This document shows positions 1 through 13,345 of a stretch of 64,000 nucleotides of DNA, in pieces. Position 1 is the stretch's first letter. The number at the start of each line of letters is the position of its first letter. The translations under genes and the position numbers were made by a program. The notes beneath the pieces were generated by a model. It saw only the letters and a program-made list of their open reading frames with translations, did not search any database and had not been told where the DNA came from. The stretch comes from Octopus bimaculoides. Lineage: Eukaryota. The stretch spans positions 38,757,395 to 38,821,394 of the forward strand of contig NC_068998.1 of assembly GCF_001194135.2 (NCBI RefSeq), read 5' to 3'.

Positions 1-31
<31 letters not shown>

Positions 32-222
32 TATATATATATAATAAAACTACTCTCTCCAGTGTTTGCGGGTGTGTGAATTGGACAGCTGCTTATGAAA
101 GTTGTAAGGGAGATAACCCCGTTATTTTCGAACGTGTTTTTTCGCATTGTCAAATTATACTAAGATTAAAACTGTCAGTTCTGAGCGTAGAAGATGTCTT
201 TGACTCTACAGATGCAGTTCTC

Positions 223-254
<32 letters not shown>

Positions 255-399
255 GCATACATGCTATTTACTTGCGATCGGAACAGAGGCAGACAATAAC
301 TCGAGTGCGCACACACACACATAAGTATGCATGTATGTGTATATGCTTGTATTGGTTGTGTGTGTGTGTGTGTGTGTGCATTCACACGCGCGCGCGCGT

Positions 400-490
400 G
401 GGGCTTCCGTCTACTAAATTCACACACAAGGCCCTCGTTGCCCAAAGTGTCACGAAATGGGACTGAATATGGAACCACATGATTGCGAAA
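400..490 (-). mobile_element. SINE family A, head fragment
   Basis: Reverse complement resembles the gtggtaagaagcttgcttcccaaccacatggttccgggttcagtccca head found repeatedly in this window. Confidence 0.7.
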
Positions 491-499
491 CATACACAC

Positions 500-950
500 A
501 TACACACACACAAACACGAACGCGAACGCGCACACATATGTACACATGCTGACGCAAACAACGTACTTACGTATGTATGTATGTATGTATATGTGTATGC
601 ATGAATGTATGTGTGTGTATGTATGTGTGTATGCATGTGCATGTATGTATATGTGAATGTGTGTGTATGCTTTATGTGTGTATGTATGGATGTGTATATG
701 TATGTATATGTGTGTATGTATGTATATATGTATGTATATATATGAATGTATGTGTATGTATGGATGTGTATATGTAAGTGTGTATGTATGTATATATGTG
801 TGCATATATGTATGCGTACGTATATATATGAATGTGTATGTGTGTGTATGAATGTATGTATGTATGTGTGTATGTATGAATGTACGTATGAATGTTTGTA
901 TGTATGTATATGTATGTATGTATATGTGTATGTATGTACACACACACACA
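500..950. repeat. compound (TATG)n/(TG)n/(TA)n microsatellite
   Basis: Directly visible; the overlapping HTY/VCM-rich ORFs are its translations. Confidence 0.95.
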
Positions 951-984
951 TCTGCTAGTATCTTTTGTGTATACATCTATTTTA

Positions 985-1170
985 TCGTTTACTCGTCTCA
1001 GTCATTTGACAACGGTCATGCTGGGGCACCACCTTGTAGAGTTTTAGTCAAACAAATCAACCCCAGGACATATTTTTTTAAGACTGTTTTGCCGAACCGC
1101 TAAGTAATGAGGATGTTAACACTCCAACACTGTCTGTTGGGCAGTGGCGCAGGGCAAATACAGACACAAA
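985..1170 (-). mobile_element. SINE family A, tail module
   Basis: Reverse complement of the ...ttagcggttcggcaaa...ggtgccccagcatg...gactga tail; aligns by eye with the copies at 1280 and 13900. Confidence 0.8.
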
Positions 1171-1212
1171 GACATACACACATAGATATATACACACATA
1201 GATGGAAACTGA

Positions 1213-1258
<46 letters not shown>

Positions 1259-1279
1259 TTATGTGTGTGTCCTTGTATC

Positions 1280-1590
1280 TGTCCCCCACCCCATCCCCAT
1301 CGCTTGACAATCAATGTTTGTGTGTTTATGTCCCTGTAACTTAGCAGTTTGGCAAAAGAGACTGATAGAATAAGTACCAGACTTCTAAAGAATGAGTTCT
1401 GGGGGCGATTTATATGACTAAAAGTTGGTGTTCCAGCATGGCCACAGTCAAATGACTGAAACAAATAAAAGAATAAAAGAAAATATATGTGGCTGTGTGG
1501 TAAGAAGCTTGCTTCCCAACCACATGGTTCCGGGTTCAGTCCCACTGAGTGGTACCTTGAGCAAGTGTCTTCTACTAAAGCCTCAGGCCA
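1280..1590 (+). mobile_element. SINE family A tail (1280-1480) followed by a second head (1487-1590)
   Basis: ccccatcgcttgacaa...gtccctgtaacttagcag...aaatgactgaaacaaataaaagaataaaag, then gtggctgtgtggtaagaagcttgcttcccaacc. Confidence 0.85.
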
Positions 1591-2562
1591 ACACTCTAGT
1601 TCTGGTAGTGTTTCAGCTATAAGAACTAGGTCATCAGCATAGGGGAGATCCCAGGGGCATGGAGCTGTATTGTGGTGCTGTGTTGTGACATTTGCATTGC
1701 AGCTTCATGTTCCTCTAAACTTACATTAAAGTTTGGACTGGATATTTCTTTTACATGGCACCAACATTGGCAAGGTCTCCAAGTAACTTGCAAGACAAAA
1801 GTCCTTTGAGGGGGAATGGTATTGTCAGGCGTGGTTTTGAGGCAGGTGATGAGAGATTAGAGTATGACAGAGGGACAGAAACAGGTGTCTTGCTGTAGAG
1901 GAGATACATGGTTACCCAAGTCAGAGGGAGAGAGAGAAAGAGAGGGGGAGGGAGTGATCAAGAAGGAGAGAGAACGAGAGTGGAAGGGAGTAAGTGTGGG
2001 TGAGAGTGAGAGAGAGCAAGAGTGTGAATGAGCAAGGGTGAGAGAGAGTAAGAGAGATGGTGATGATGAGTGAAGGCAAACTCTCGAGGCAAGAGAATGA
2101 GTATAGGAATGGAATGGCAGAGCACTGCATAAGTAAGGAGTCTGCATGAATGGAAATATCAGGGGGTGGGGTGGTGGACAACAGGACAGTAATGATGCTG
2201 TGTGCAGGTCAGATACATACACACACACACACATATATATGTATATATATATCTTTAACTCTTTTACTTGTTTCACTCATTAGACTACAGCCATAAATAT
2301 ATATATATATANNNNNNNNNNGTCAGATACATACACACACACACACATATACATATATTTATAGGTATATATGTATTTATATATATGATGAAGTTATGAG
2401 CACTTAACTATGAATGCATTGCACTTTATAGCGGAAACAGTTGTAAGTTAATGAAGTTCACTTTATGATTTCTTGTTTCCTTGCCATTCATCATCATCAT
2501 CATTGTTTAACATCCACCTTCCATACTAGCATGAGTGATATATATCTATAATATAAATCCCA

Positions 2563-2636
<74 letters not shown>

Positions 2637-2877
2637 ATGTGTGTAAAAGATTATAATGGTCGTATTTTTCAATTGATTTTCTGCAAACTGGGAACATACA
2701 TTGCTTATGTTCCACAGATGGTTTTAGACTCTTAAAATTTTTTCACATAATGAGTAATTGGCCCTCTGGGAGTAGAAAACACCCGTTCCTGGGTTACATG
2801 AGGAAGAGAGGTGACTCTTTGTGAAGTAACTTTGATTTTCTCCTTTTCGTCCACTGGTCAAAAGAATTATCACAATC

Positions 2878-3475
2878 TCAATTGACTCCAAAAAATAGTA
2901 CTGTAAGTAAAATTAATGAACAGCTGCTTCAGTACCTTCCAGGAAGTCCTCACATCTATAAGTCAGTTGATAGAATCCCAGATCCAGAAGAGGTGGTAAA
3001 TAATCCAACAGAATTTCTCAATTCATTGGAACAGCCAGGACTACCTCCCCACAGACTGGAACTGAAAGTGGGAACTCCAGTAATGTTATTGAGGAGTTTG
3101 GATCCACCAACGCTCTGTAATGGGACACGCCTGGTGGTAAAGAAGATGATGCCACACGTTATTGAGACCACCATTCTTTCAGAATATGGAAAAAGAGAGG
3201 ATGTTTTCATACCCAGAATTCCTCTCATTCCATTGGGAGCAGAAATTTCTTTTTCATTCAGAAGAGTGCAATTTCCTATTCATATCAGCCTCGCAATGTC
3301 TATCAATAAATCCCAGGGTCAGACACTCTCTATGGTAGAACTTCACCTGGAAGAGTTATGCTTCTTACATGAGTGATTAAATGTTGGCTGCTCTAGAGTG
3401 GGAAGCAAAATAAATCTATTTCCATTTGTTCCACAAGGGAAAACAAAGAATATTGTTTACCAAGAGGTTTTATAG
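2878..3475 (+). mobile_element. Helitron RepHel fragment, PIF1-type helicase C-terminus (pseudogenised)
   Basis: Motifs LTPKN, EFLNSLE.PGLPPH.L.LKVG.PVMLLR.LDPP.LCNGTRL, IPRIPL, QFP...AMSINKSQGQTL, then past a TGA ..SRV..K, ending KNIVYQEVL*. This ending is typical of Helitron helicases. Confidence 0.93.
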
Positions 3476-3625
3476 GAATTACTACATCCTACGATGCACT
3501 CCAGTATCCACTGCTCTTTGTGATTGGGGAAGATGGATACTATTTCTGCATAATATTAACAAACCCGAAGACTGCACTAACAAAGCAGTTTCCTGTATGG
3601 ACTGCAATATCAAAGCATATTCTCC
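3476..3625 (+). mobile_element. Helitron fragment from the N-terminal (pre-Rep) region
   Basis: Translates SYDALQYPLLFVIGEDGYY, then after a frameshift TNKAVSCMD; recalled as the conserved SYDALQYPL..GEDG / VS.MDFY region upstream of the Rep domain. Confidence 0.8.
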
Positions 3626-4004
3626 AATTAAAATGTTGCTTACTTTTTACTCAACCTGATAGTTTCATTATTTAAGTCGGTGATTCCCAACATGGGGCAT
3701 ATGCCCAACTGGTGGAGCCTGGGAAAATTGTGGAGGTGCATGGGATCCATTATTTAATACAAAATACTTTGTTCAAAATGAAAGGTGCTAAGATGTGGCT
3801 ATGTGATGAAGTTGAAAGGAAATACCCTAAACACTGCCATTTCGGCAAAGGAAATTTTGACTCATTTCTGTTTATGTTTTGTTTGTTTGAATGTGACTTG
3901 AGGATTTGCTATGAGCCAAGAGAAGCAAACTTGAAATTACAAAATGTAGTGATTTATGGCTGAAACTAACAAAATTGTCTCCCCAAATCAAGGAAATTGA
4001 TTAC

Positions 4005-4172
4005 AGGTAAGTTCACTGCATCAATTCACTGTGAAGAAAGTTCACCACGAGGAAAATTTACCGACAAAATATATCCTAAGTATCTCACCATTAATAGTTA
4101 AAAACTATTTTATTGAAAAAAAACCCGGTGAATTGCTGATGGTGAATTGCTGATGGTGAACTTACTGGACAT
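4005..4172. mobile_element. small MITE-like element with inverted subterminal AATTCAC/GGTGAA repeats
   Basis: Left end gtaagttcac..aattcac..agttcacc; right end ggtgaattg..ggtgaattg..ggtgaacttac. Confidence 0.4.
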
Positions 4173-4267
4173 GAAGGATATCTGCTGTAGTTGCCAGGCT
4201 CAAGGTTCTCATTAGAGTGATTCACTTCTTTTTTTTTTTTAGTCAATAATGTACTTTTTTTTGTACT

Positions 4268-4570
4268 CATCATCATCATCGTTTAACGTCCGCTTTCCAT
4301 GCTAGCATGGGTTAGACGATTTGACTGAGGACTGGTGAACCAGATGGCTGCACCAGGCTCCAATCTGATTTGGCAGAGTTTCTACAGCTGGATGCCCTTC
4401 CTAACGCCAACCACTCCGAGAGTGTAGTGGGTGCTTTTACGTGTCACCCGCAAGAAGGTCAGTGAGATGGTACTGGCAACGGCCACACTCAAAATGGTGT
4501 ATTTTACGTGCCACCTGCACAAGAGCCAGTCCAGCGGCACTGGCAACGATCTCGCTCGAATGTCTATACA
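4268..4570 (-). mobile_element. RTE-LINE 3'UTR/tail copy ending in (GAT)n
   Basis: Reverse complement matches the tail at 7850-7980 (ccaacccatgc.agcatggaaagc.gac.ttaaa.gatgatg). Confidence 0.85.
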
Positions 4571-5637
4571 CGTGCCAGAAAGGCGACGCTGCGCACAGGT
4601 GCCATCACGACTCAGTACTTAATAAAAGAGTTACTGGTCGATTCCTTTGTATTAAATAATTGAGATAAAATATTAAAAATAAAGCTGTTTTTTCTAACCA
4701 TTGGTGGAGCATAGATTTTTCTGGAAAGTCAGAGTGGGGCCGGGGGTAAAAATAGACTGGAAAACACTGATTTAGATGTTTAGGTTTCCTCTGAACAATC
4801 TGGTTTCAACATTTCATTAGAATTACTTAATTCCATTTCTACGGATGGGTTACTTCTTGACATTTCAATTTCTAATCATTTCTCAAATTATTTTAAGGAT
4901 TTCAAGAATAAAAAGATAACATATTATATCTCATAATAGTTTTAAATGAGATAAAGCTGATTTCACGTTTACTCAATCCTGCATTCTTATTTAATCTATT
5001 TGAATTAGACACATGTCATTTACATACTTAAATTATGAAATATATCACTGATATTGAGCATCTATCAGTAGCACAGTGTAGTTGGCACCAAACTGCTACA
5101 AATATATTGGAAAACAATTTTATTTCTTACATGAAAGATGTATTTGAAGAGAAATACAGTCGCATTCTATTGAATTGAATATGTGTTGATTAACAACCAT
5201 TGTGTATCATTTCTGCCTACATTTCAACCTGGGAAACACAAGGTATTCTACTTCTACATACACGCACACATGCATGCACGCACACACACACACACACACA
5301 CGCGCGCACACATAGACACACACAAGTTAAGAAATGGTGACAAGCGAAACTTTTGTACTAGTACTGAATTTCTCTCATCCTGGGTTCATATGCCTCAATA
5401 TTAAACTATTTTCTATAGCTAATATAATGTAAACTTATAATCATATTTACAATATTACAATATATATGGTGTCAAAACCATAATGATATCTGTGGGGCAG
5501 CTGATGATGGAGGCATGTTGGATTGTTGTTATGGCTGTTTTTATACATGTGCAATAGTATAACACATCCTTTTGATATATATATATGTGTGTGTGTGAGT
5601 GTGTGGGGTGTATGTGTGTGTGTATATATATATATGC

Positions 5638-5699
<62 letters not shown>

Positions 5700-6122
5700 N
5701 NNNNNNNNNNNNNNNNNNNNNNNNNNNNNNNNNNNNNNNNNNNNNNNNNNNNNNNNNNNNNNNNNNNNNNNNNNNNNNNNNNNNNNNNNNNNNNNNNNNN
5801 NNNNNNNNNNNNNNNNNNNNNNNNNNNNNNNNNNNNNNNNNNNNNNNNNNNNNNNNNNNNNNNNNNNNNNNNNNNNNNNNNNNNNNNNNNNNNNNNNNNN
5901 NNNNNNNNNNNNNNNNNNNNNNNNNNNNNNNNNNNNNNNNNNNNNNNNNNNNNNNNNNNNNNNNNNNNNNNNNNNNNNNNNNNNNNNNNNNNNNNNNNNN
6001 NNNNNNNNNNNNNNNNNNNNNNNNNNNNNNNNNNNNNNNNNNNNNNNNNNNNNNNNNNNNNNNNNNNNNNNNNNNNNNNNNNNNNNNNNNNNNNNNNNNN
6101 NNNNNNNNNNNNNNNNNNNNNN

Positions 6123-6326
6123 TGGGTAGGGCTAGGGATCCATCCAGGATCAGTCCTCAGCCTCCTCTTATTCTTAATTATCCTTCAGGCAATAACAGTG
6201 GAATTCAAGACAGGATGCCCCTGGGAGCTTCTCTATGCTGATGACCTTGCTCTAACAGCTGAGTCTCTATCTGAATTAGAGGAGAAGTTTCAGGTGTAGA
6301 AGCAAGGTCTAGAATTGAAGGGCCTT
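6123..6326 (+). other. duplicate of 6379-6582 beside a 10-N gap; probable assembly overlap artefact
   Basis: 204 bp that look identical by eye to the segment after the gap at 6327-6336. Confidence 0.75.
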
Positions 6327-6336
6327 NNNNNNNNNN

Positions 6337-7980
6337 GTCAGTAAGGTGAGAGTTGGCAACGAGTACAGTGAAGAATTCTGGGTAGGGCTAGGGATCCATC
6401 CAGGATCAGTCCTCAGCCTCCTCTTATTCTTAATTATCCTTCAGGCAATAACAGTGGAATTCAAGACAGGATGCCCCTGGGAGCTTCTCTATGCTGATGA
6501 CCTTGCTCTAACAGCTGAGTCTCTATCTGAATTAGAGGAGAAGTTTCAGGTGTAGAAGCAAGGTCTAGAATTGAAGGGCCTTAGAGTCAATCTAGCAAAA
6601 GCCAAAGTCTTAATAAGTAGGAAGGCAGACAAACCACAAATCCCTTCAGGTAGATGGCACCACTCAACCTGTAGAAAAGGTGTAGGTAGAAACTCTATAA
6701 GATTTACCCAGTGTAAGCTATGGTCACATAAGAGGTGCAGCAATATCAAAGGAAAGCTAACTGGAAAGATAGATTTTGTGTGTGGCAAATGCTCAGGGGC
6801 AATGAACACTGAAAATGTGCAGAAAATAGCCTCCGTCACATTCCAGGGGAAAAACTACAAATAGTTGATAGCTTCCATTACCTAGGTGACCAAGTCAGTA
6901 GCGGGGTGGTTGATCTGAAAGTGTAGCTGCTAGAATAAGAATAGCCTGGGCAAAGTTCAGAGAGCTCCTACCTCTGCTGGTGAAAAAGGGCTTCTTGCTC
7001 AGAGTAAAAGGTAGACTGTATGATGCATGTGTGCAAACAGCCATGCTACATGGCAGTGAAACATGAGCTGTGACTGCTGAGGATATGTGTAAGTTTGCAA
7101 GGAATGAAGCTAGTATGCTCCACTGGATGTGTAATGTCAGTGTGCATACACAACAGTGTGTAAGTGCCCTGAGAGAAAAGTTGGACATAAGAAGCGTCAG
7201 ATGTGGTGTTCAAGAGAGACGACTGCACTGGTATGGTCATGTGTTGCATATGGATGAGGACAGCTGGGTGAAAAAGTGTCATATCCTAGCAGCAGAGGGA
7301 ACCTGTAGAAGAGGTAGACCCAAGAAGACCTGGGATGAGGTGGTGAAGCATAACCTTCAAACGTTGGGCCTCACCGTGGTGATGACAAGTGACCGAGACC
7401 TTTGGGGATATGCTGCGCTTGAGAAGACCCGGCAAGCCAAGTGAGACCGTAACTGTGGCCTATGCACTGGCTTGGTCATGTGATGTGTATAGATGAGGAC
7501 AGCTGCATAAAGAAGTACTGTGCTCTAATTGTGGACAGTACCTGTGGAAGGGGTAGACCTAGGAAGACATGGGATGAAGTGGTGAGAAAGGGCCTTCAGA
7601 TGCTGAGCTTCACGGAGACAATGACAAGGGATTGGGAGATGGGGCGATTTGCTGTACTTGATAAGACATGTCAAGCTAAGTAAAATCGGTGTCTTCCACA
7701 CATACAAGCTTGCCCTTTCAGGTGCCAGTGCCACATAAAAAGCACCCATGCCATTGCTGTGTAAATGCACCCATGCTGGTGCTGTGTAGATGCACATGTG
7801 CTGGTACTGCATAAATGCACCTGTGCTGGTGGCACATAAAAAGCACCCAGCACACTCTGTTAAGTGGTTGGCATTAGCTGTAGAAACCATGCCACAACAA
7901 ACAGTTGGGGTCTGGACAGCTCCATATCAAACAGTCCAACCCATGCCAGCATGGAAAGCAGATATTAAATGATGATGATA
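6337..7980 (+). mobile_element. 5'-truncated RTE-clade LINE: RT C-terminal half, duplicated C-terminus and 3'UTR
   Basis: ELLYADDLAL, GLRVNLAK.KV, CCHC-like C..C..W.H.RC, F.YLG, LYDACV..AMLHGSET, RRLHWYGHV, GRPKKTW; contains stops and frameshifts; (GAT)n tail. Confidence 0.93.
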
Positions 7981-8049
7981 TATATATAAGGCGCAGGAGT
8001 GGCACCATTGGCACTACCACCACCACCACCACCACTACCACCACGATCA

Positions 8050-8240
8050 TCATCATCAACAACAGCAACAACATTTAATGTCCATTTTCTAGGCTGGTAT
8101 GACTTGACAGGAACTGGCAAGGCCAGAGGTTGCACCAAATCCCATAGTCTGTTTTCGCATGGTTTCAATGGACTGATGCCCTTCCTAATGCTAACTACTC
8201 CACAGTGGGCACTTTGTACATGGCATCGTCACCAAGTGTT
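8050..8240 (-). mobile_element. RTE tail copy
   Basis: tttaatgtccatttt..ctggatgcccttcctaa-like sequence, diverged. Confidence 0.7.
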
Positions 8241-8560
8241 TAATATTAGTTTCGAATATCAAAGAAATCAATTTCTCTGGAAATAAAAATTGATCAATGA
8301 AATCAACTTCAAAATGGAAAAAGGGGTTCAGCAGAAGCTTACGAAACAGTTTAATAGGAATGGAATGAAACAATTGTTAAAATAATTAAAAGAAACAAAG
8401 AAAAATAAGAGTCAGTAAAAATCACTGGATCATCCATAACACATTATATATATGTGGTTACATTATGGAAACAATGGGAAAAGTTTTATTAGTTTGGATA
8501 AAAGACAAAACCCAATATTGTAATAGTCGGCACATATATATATATATATATAAATATGTA

Positions 8561-8636
<76 letters not shown>

Positions 8637-8797
8637 TATCTATATGCATACTACAATTGAATTCATTGTCCCTATTTCAGGAGAATAAATGCCGAAATTT
8701 TGCTTGTGTGCATTTCTTTTTTAATAATATTTAAAAATGTATCTTGCTCGTTTAACATGATTTCCACTCACTGAATTAATCTGCCATATAAAGCCTC

Positions 8798-8831
<34 letters not shown>

Positions 8832-9739
8832 TGTGTGCATGTATAGATATGTATATATATATAAATATATATATATGCACACATACAAACATACATATAC
8901 ATACATGTATAAATGTATTATGCACATATTATATGTATATACATACATATATAGACATATAGACATGCACACATCGATGCACACACAGAGACAGAGGGAG
9001 AGAGAGAGAAGGAAAGAGGCAAACAAAGTGAGAGAGATTGTCAAAGGGAGAGAGAGATATATGAAGGAGCATGGAAATAAGACTCTATTGTGATTTATTA
9101 CATAATGAATAAAATCGTAGGTCTATTAAAACTGCACTATCAGCTTCCACCACCATTATCAGTGCAGACTTTTGATATCTTCCATCTCCACCTCCCAAGC
9201 CCCACGACCACCACAACCATCTTTGCCACCGTTCCCACCAACACCGACACCATTACCATCACCATCACCATCATTATTATTACCACTACCATCATCATCA
9301 TCATCATCATATGCAGCAGCACAATTACATCCCTGCTACAACGCCAAAATGGCTGTCATATAGTTTAACCCTCCCATCACCACCACCACTGCCGGCGCCA
9401 CCACTGCCGGCGCCACCACTGCCGTCGCTGCTGCCACTACCATTGCAGCCACTTTCACCTTCCCACCTGCCCACCCCTACCGAAAGCCAATATAATTAAC
9501 AATTAAAGACATTAACGAGATCTTTTCAACCATTAATTGTTATTGGAAGATGATGCTGGTGGTGGTTGGTGGTTGGTGGTTGGTGGTGTAGGAGGGTGGG
9601 GGGACTATAATGGTAGATAAATAAATAAATAAATAAATGAATGAATAAATAAATAAATAAATAGCATGACAAGACAACACCACCAGTGTTTCCCTTCCCA
9701 CCACCACTAATATCACTAATATTCATAACAACAATAACA

Positions 9740-9762
9740 ACAACGACAACAACAACAATGAT

Positions 9763-9812
<50 letters not shown>

Positions 9813-9977
9813 TAATAATAGTAATAGTAATAATAGTGATAATAATATCAGCAATAGCAGTTATCAATGGTAATAACAAGAACAATAACAACATCAATAT
9901 TATCAATGACAACATTAATAAGAAGAAGAACAACAACAGCAGCAACAATAACAACTACCACTGCCCAATAACAACAA
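9740..9977. repeat. (AAT)n/(AAC)n microsatellite
   Basis: Directly visible; runs into a gap. Confidence 0.95.
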
Positions 9978-11949
9978 NNNNNNNNNNNNNNNNNNNNNNN
10001 NNNNNNNNNNNNNNNNNNNNNNNNNNNNNNNNNNNNNNNNNNNNNNNNNNNNNNNNNNNNNNNNNNNNNNNNNNNNNNNNNNNNNNNNNNNNNNNNNNNN
10101 NNNNNNNNNNNNNNNNNNNNNNNNNNNNNNNNNNNNNNNNNNNNNNNNNNNNNNNNNNNNNNNNNNNNNNNNNNNNNNNNNNNNNNNNNNNNNNNNNNNN
10201 NNNNNNNNNNNNNNNNNNNNNNNNNNNNNNNNNNNNNNNNNNNNNNNNNNNNNNNNNNNNNNNNNNNNNNNNNNNNNNNNNNNNNNNNNNNNNNNNNNNN
10301 NNNNNNNNNNNNNNNNNNNNNNNNNNNNNNNNNNNNNNNNNNNNNNNNNNNNNNNNNNNNNNNNNNNNNNNNNNNNNNNNNNNNNNNNNNNACATATATA
10401 CATATATATACACATATATACATATATATGTATATTATATATATATATACATATATATGTGTGTATATATATATATATATATGTATATGTATGTGCATAT
10501 ATATATATATATTTATATACACATTATATGTAATATATATATTTATATATATATAACACATAAACGTATGTGTGTGTGTGTGTATTTGTATACACATCCC
10601 CATCATCAACCTACCCCCCACCTCACCATGAACTAACCTGCTGTCCCCCTCCGCAGTCCCCATCCTGTCGCTAGCAATCTAATAAGATATTAAAAAAAAG
10701 AAGGCAAAAACTAATAAAATACAAAAATCTGGGGGGAAAAAAAAGAGGGAAAAGAAGAAATAAAATGAAATAAAAAAGTACATAAAAAGGTAAAAAGAAA
10801 AAGTAGAGTAAGAAGGTTATAGAGGGAGTGAAGTGGGAGGTAGGGTTTCTGAGGGTGTGGGGGTGTGTGTGTGACGAATTGTATATTTAACAATGGAAGA
10901 TGGTAGCAGTGGTTAGATAAGACAGACTGATGATGATGATGATGGTTGTAGTGGTTATGATGGTGGTGGTGGTGGTGGTGGTGGTTGTGCATGATGATAG
11001 AGATGATGACAGCAGTGGTGGTGATAATGATGATGATGATGATGATGATGATGATTAGGAGTAAGATGAGAGGGAGAAAGACGATGACGAAGAGAAGGCA
11101 GGCATTGCTGATGATGGTGACAGTGATGATGATGATGATGATGATGGCATGGTGATCATGGTGGTGCTGACAGTGATGATGACGACAACGATGATGATGA
11201 TGACTGGTGGTGGTGGTGGTGGTATGGCAATGACGATAATAAGTACTTACATTGAAGAGACATTAGATCAGAGATGAAGATGCTCTCACATCAGCATTGT
11301 GGATGCTGCAGGATCATTGTTGCTGTTGTTGTTGTTGCTGTGGTCAATGTTATTGTGGTTATTCTATGATCCACCCACCCTTGTACACTGCACCTCCTAC
11401 TCCTTCTCTTCCATCTCCCTTTCGTTTTCATCTTTTTCTTCCTTTTTCTTCTCCTTCCTCTACTTTCAGTTTTGTTTCTTTTTTTGTTTCATATCTTTTC
11501 TCTGTTTTTTTTTTCTGATCTTTGACTGCATCTGAATATTATGTACTTTTGCCATTTGCTTCCAGAATGCAATGTTATACACACGCACATGCACGTGTAC
11601 ACACACACACACACACATGTATATAGTGAAGACATGTATTAATATTTCACAGTTATTATAAAATATTTCTTTTGTGGAGTTGGAGCAACCATTTTAAACC
11701 ATTAAAAAAAAATCCACACACACACACACACACATACACATACAAATCTATTATATAACCTATTCATATTTTGCTTATTTCTTGATAATACGAAATCTAT
11801 TGTGTCAAAGTGTCTTGTCATGCTTCAGTAAGCACAACACTAACACACTTTCAATGCTTCTTAACAGAATTGTGGAACTGTGTCAGCGAAGAGCTTGAAG
11901 AAGTGTGACATAATAAACTGTTCTATAAAGAAATATAAGAAAATGGGTG

Positions 11950-12095
11950 CAAGCATGGCTGTGTGGTTAAGAAGTTTGCTTCCCAACCACATGGTTCTGG
12001 GTTCACTCCTGCTGCGTGGAATCTTGGGCAAGTGTCTTCTGCTATAGTCTTGGGCTGACCAAAAGCCTTGTATCATGGAAACTGAAAGAAGATCT
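11950..12095 (+). mobile_element. SINE family A head
   Basis: gcatggctgtgtggttaagaagtttgcttcccaaccacatggttctgggttcactcc...cttgggcaagtgtcttct. Confidence 0.85.
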
Positions 12096-12271
12096 GTGTG
12101 TGTGTGTAATTAAATGAGGCAGCTAGTTAGTAGAGTTTTACCAAAAAGGAAAACAATAAATGTCATCAGGTGTCTTGGGGAAGTTTTGAACCTGGGTTCT
12201 CATTCCTAAAGTATTCTTCGATGTTATTATTATTATTATTAATATTATTATTATTATTATTAATATTTTTA

Positions 12272-12350
12272 TTATTCAGGTCACTGCCTGGAATTGAACT
12301 CGGAATCTTGGGGTTAGTAGCCCACACTCTTAACCACTACACCATATGCC
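12272..12350 (-). mobile_element. short tRNA-derived retroposon or tRNA pseudogene with (AAT)n tail
   Basis: Reverse complement gggcatatggtgtagtggttaagagtgtgggctactaaccccaagattccgagttcaattccaggc has A-box and B-box-like motifs followed by aataat repeats; no clean acceptor stem. Confidence 0.7.
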
Positions 12351-13144
12351 CGAGGGCAATTATGGAGTGAATTTTAGGGCTTATAAATATCCGTCAAATG
12401 TAAATAATGTAAATAATGTATATAATTCCTCATCTCTTAAATATAGAACAAGACGAGATGTTGCTAATTCTTCATCAGTTATTATCCAAAAGATCCTTAC
12501 AATTTCAAGCCTTTAATGATAATATTGTTCACTTTTGGTGATGCTTGCGGTGGGAAGCTGCTGGGAATAGTGAACAAACAGGGGGTGGGGTGGGGGCAGG
12601 GGTGAAAACAAACACAAAATATCAATATACAAACAAAATAAGGCCATGCAACAAGAGCATCAACAACAGCAATAATAATAAACAGAGAATTATCTCCTTC
12701 AGTTTCATACAAAGAGCACAATCCCCTTAAAGTTCATAATTGCTTAGAATTTCTATTGAGCACACATGGGTCCTGAGACAAGATGAATATATGGGTAACA
12801 CAGAGGAAAATGTGCTGTAGGATTTGAAGTGAAAAAGGGAACAGATGGAAAATCAGAACGAAAGATGGAAAAACGAACAGTGAAAAAAGCAAACCATCTT
12901 GAAAGTAGAGGAGACGAGAGAAGTGCGACTGATTGACTCAATGGTCAAGAGAAAAAGGAAATGGAAGAGAGAGATGAGAATGGCCACGGGTCATGTAACA
13001 GTAGGAGGAGAAAGAAAAAGAGGTGGAGGGTAGAGAGACAAAAAGTAACGGAGAGGAAAGTGGGTGAAGAAAGAGAGAAGGAAAGAGAGAGAGGAGGTAG
13101 GAAGGCAATATATATATATATGTGTATGTATGTGTGTGTGTGTC

Positions 13145-13345
13145 TTTGTGTTTCTCCCCCACCACCACTTGGCAGCCAGTGTTGGTGTGTTTATGTCCCT
13201 CTATATTATTGGTTCAGCAAAAGAGAATAAGTACTAGGCTTTAAAAAAAATCAAGTACTGGGGGCAAGTTGTTTGACTAAAATTCTTCAAGGTGGTGCCC
13301 CAGCATGGCCACAGTCTAATGACTAAAACAAGTAAAAGATGAAAG
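13145..13345 (+). mobile_element. SINE family A tail
   Basis: Same tail module; further partial copies at 13535-13655 and 13900-14095. Confidence 0.8.

Larger units (their letters stand above)
3678..4769. mobile_element. possible degenerate hAT-type non-autonomous element containing later insertions
   Basis: Left end cggtgattccca and right end tggaaaacactg are imperfect inverted repeats; the 8-bp flanks atttaagt and atttagat could be a decayed TSD. Confidence 0.3.
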
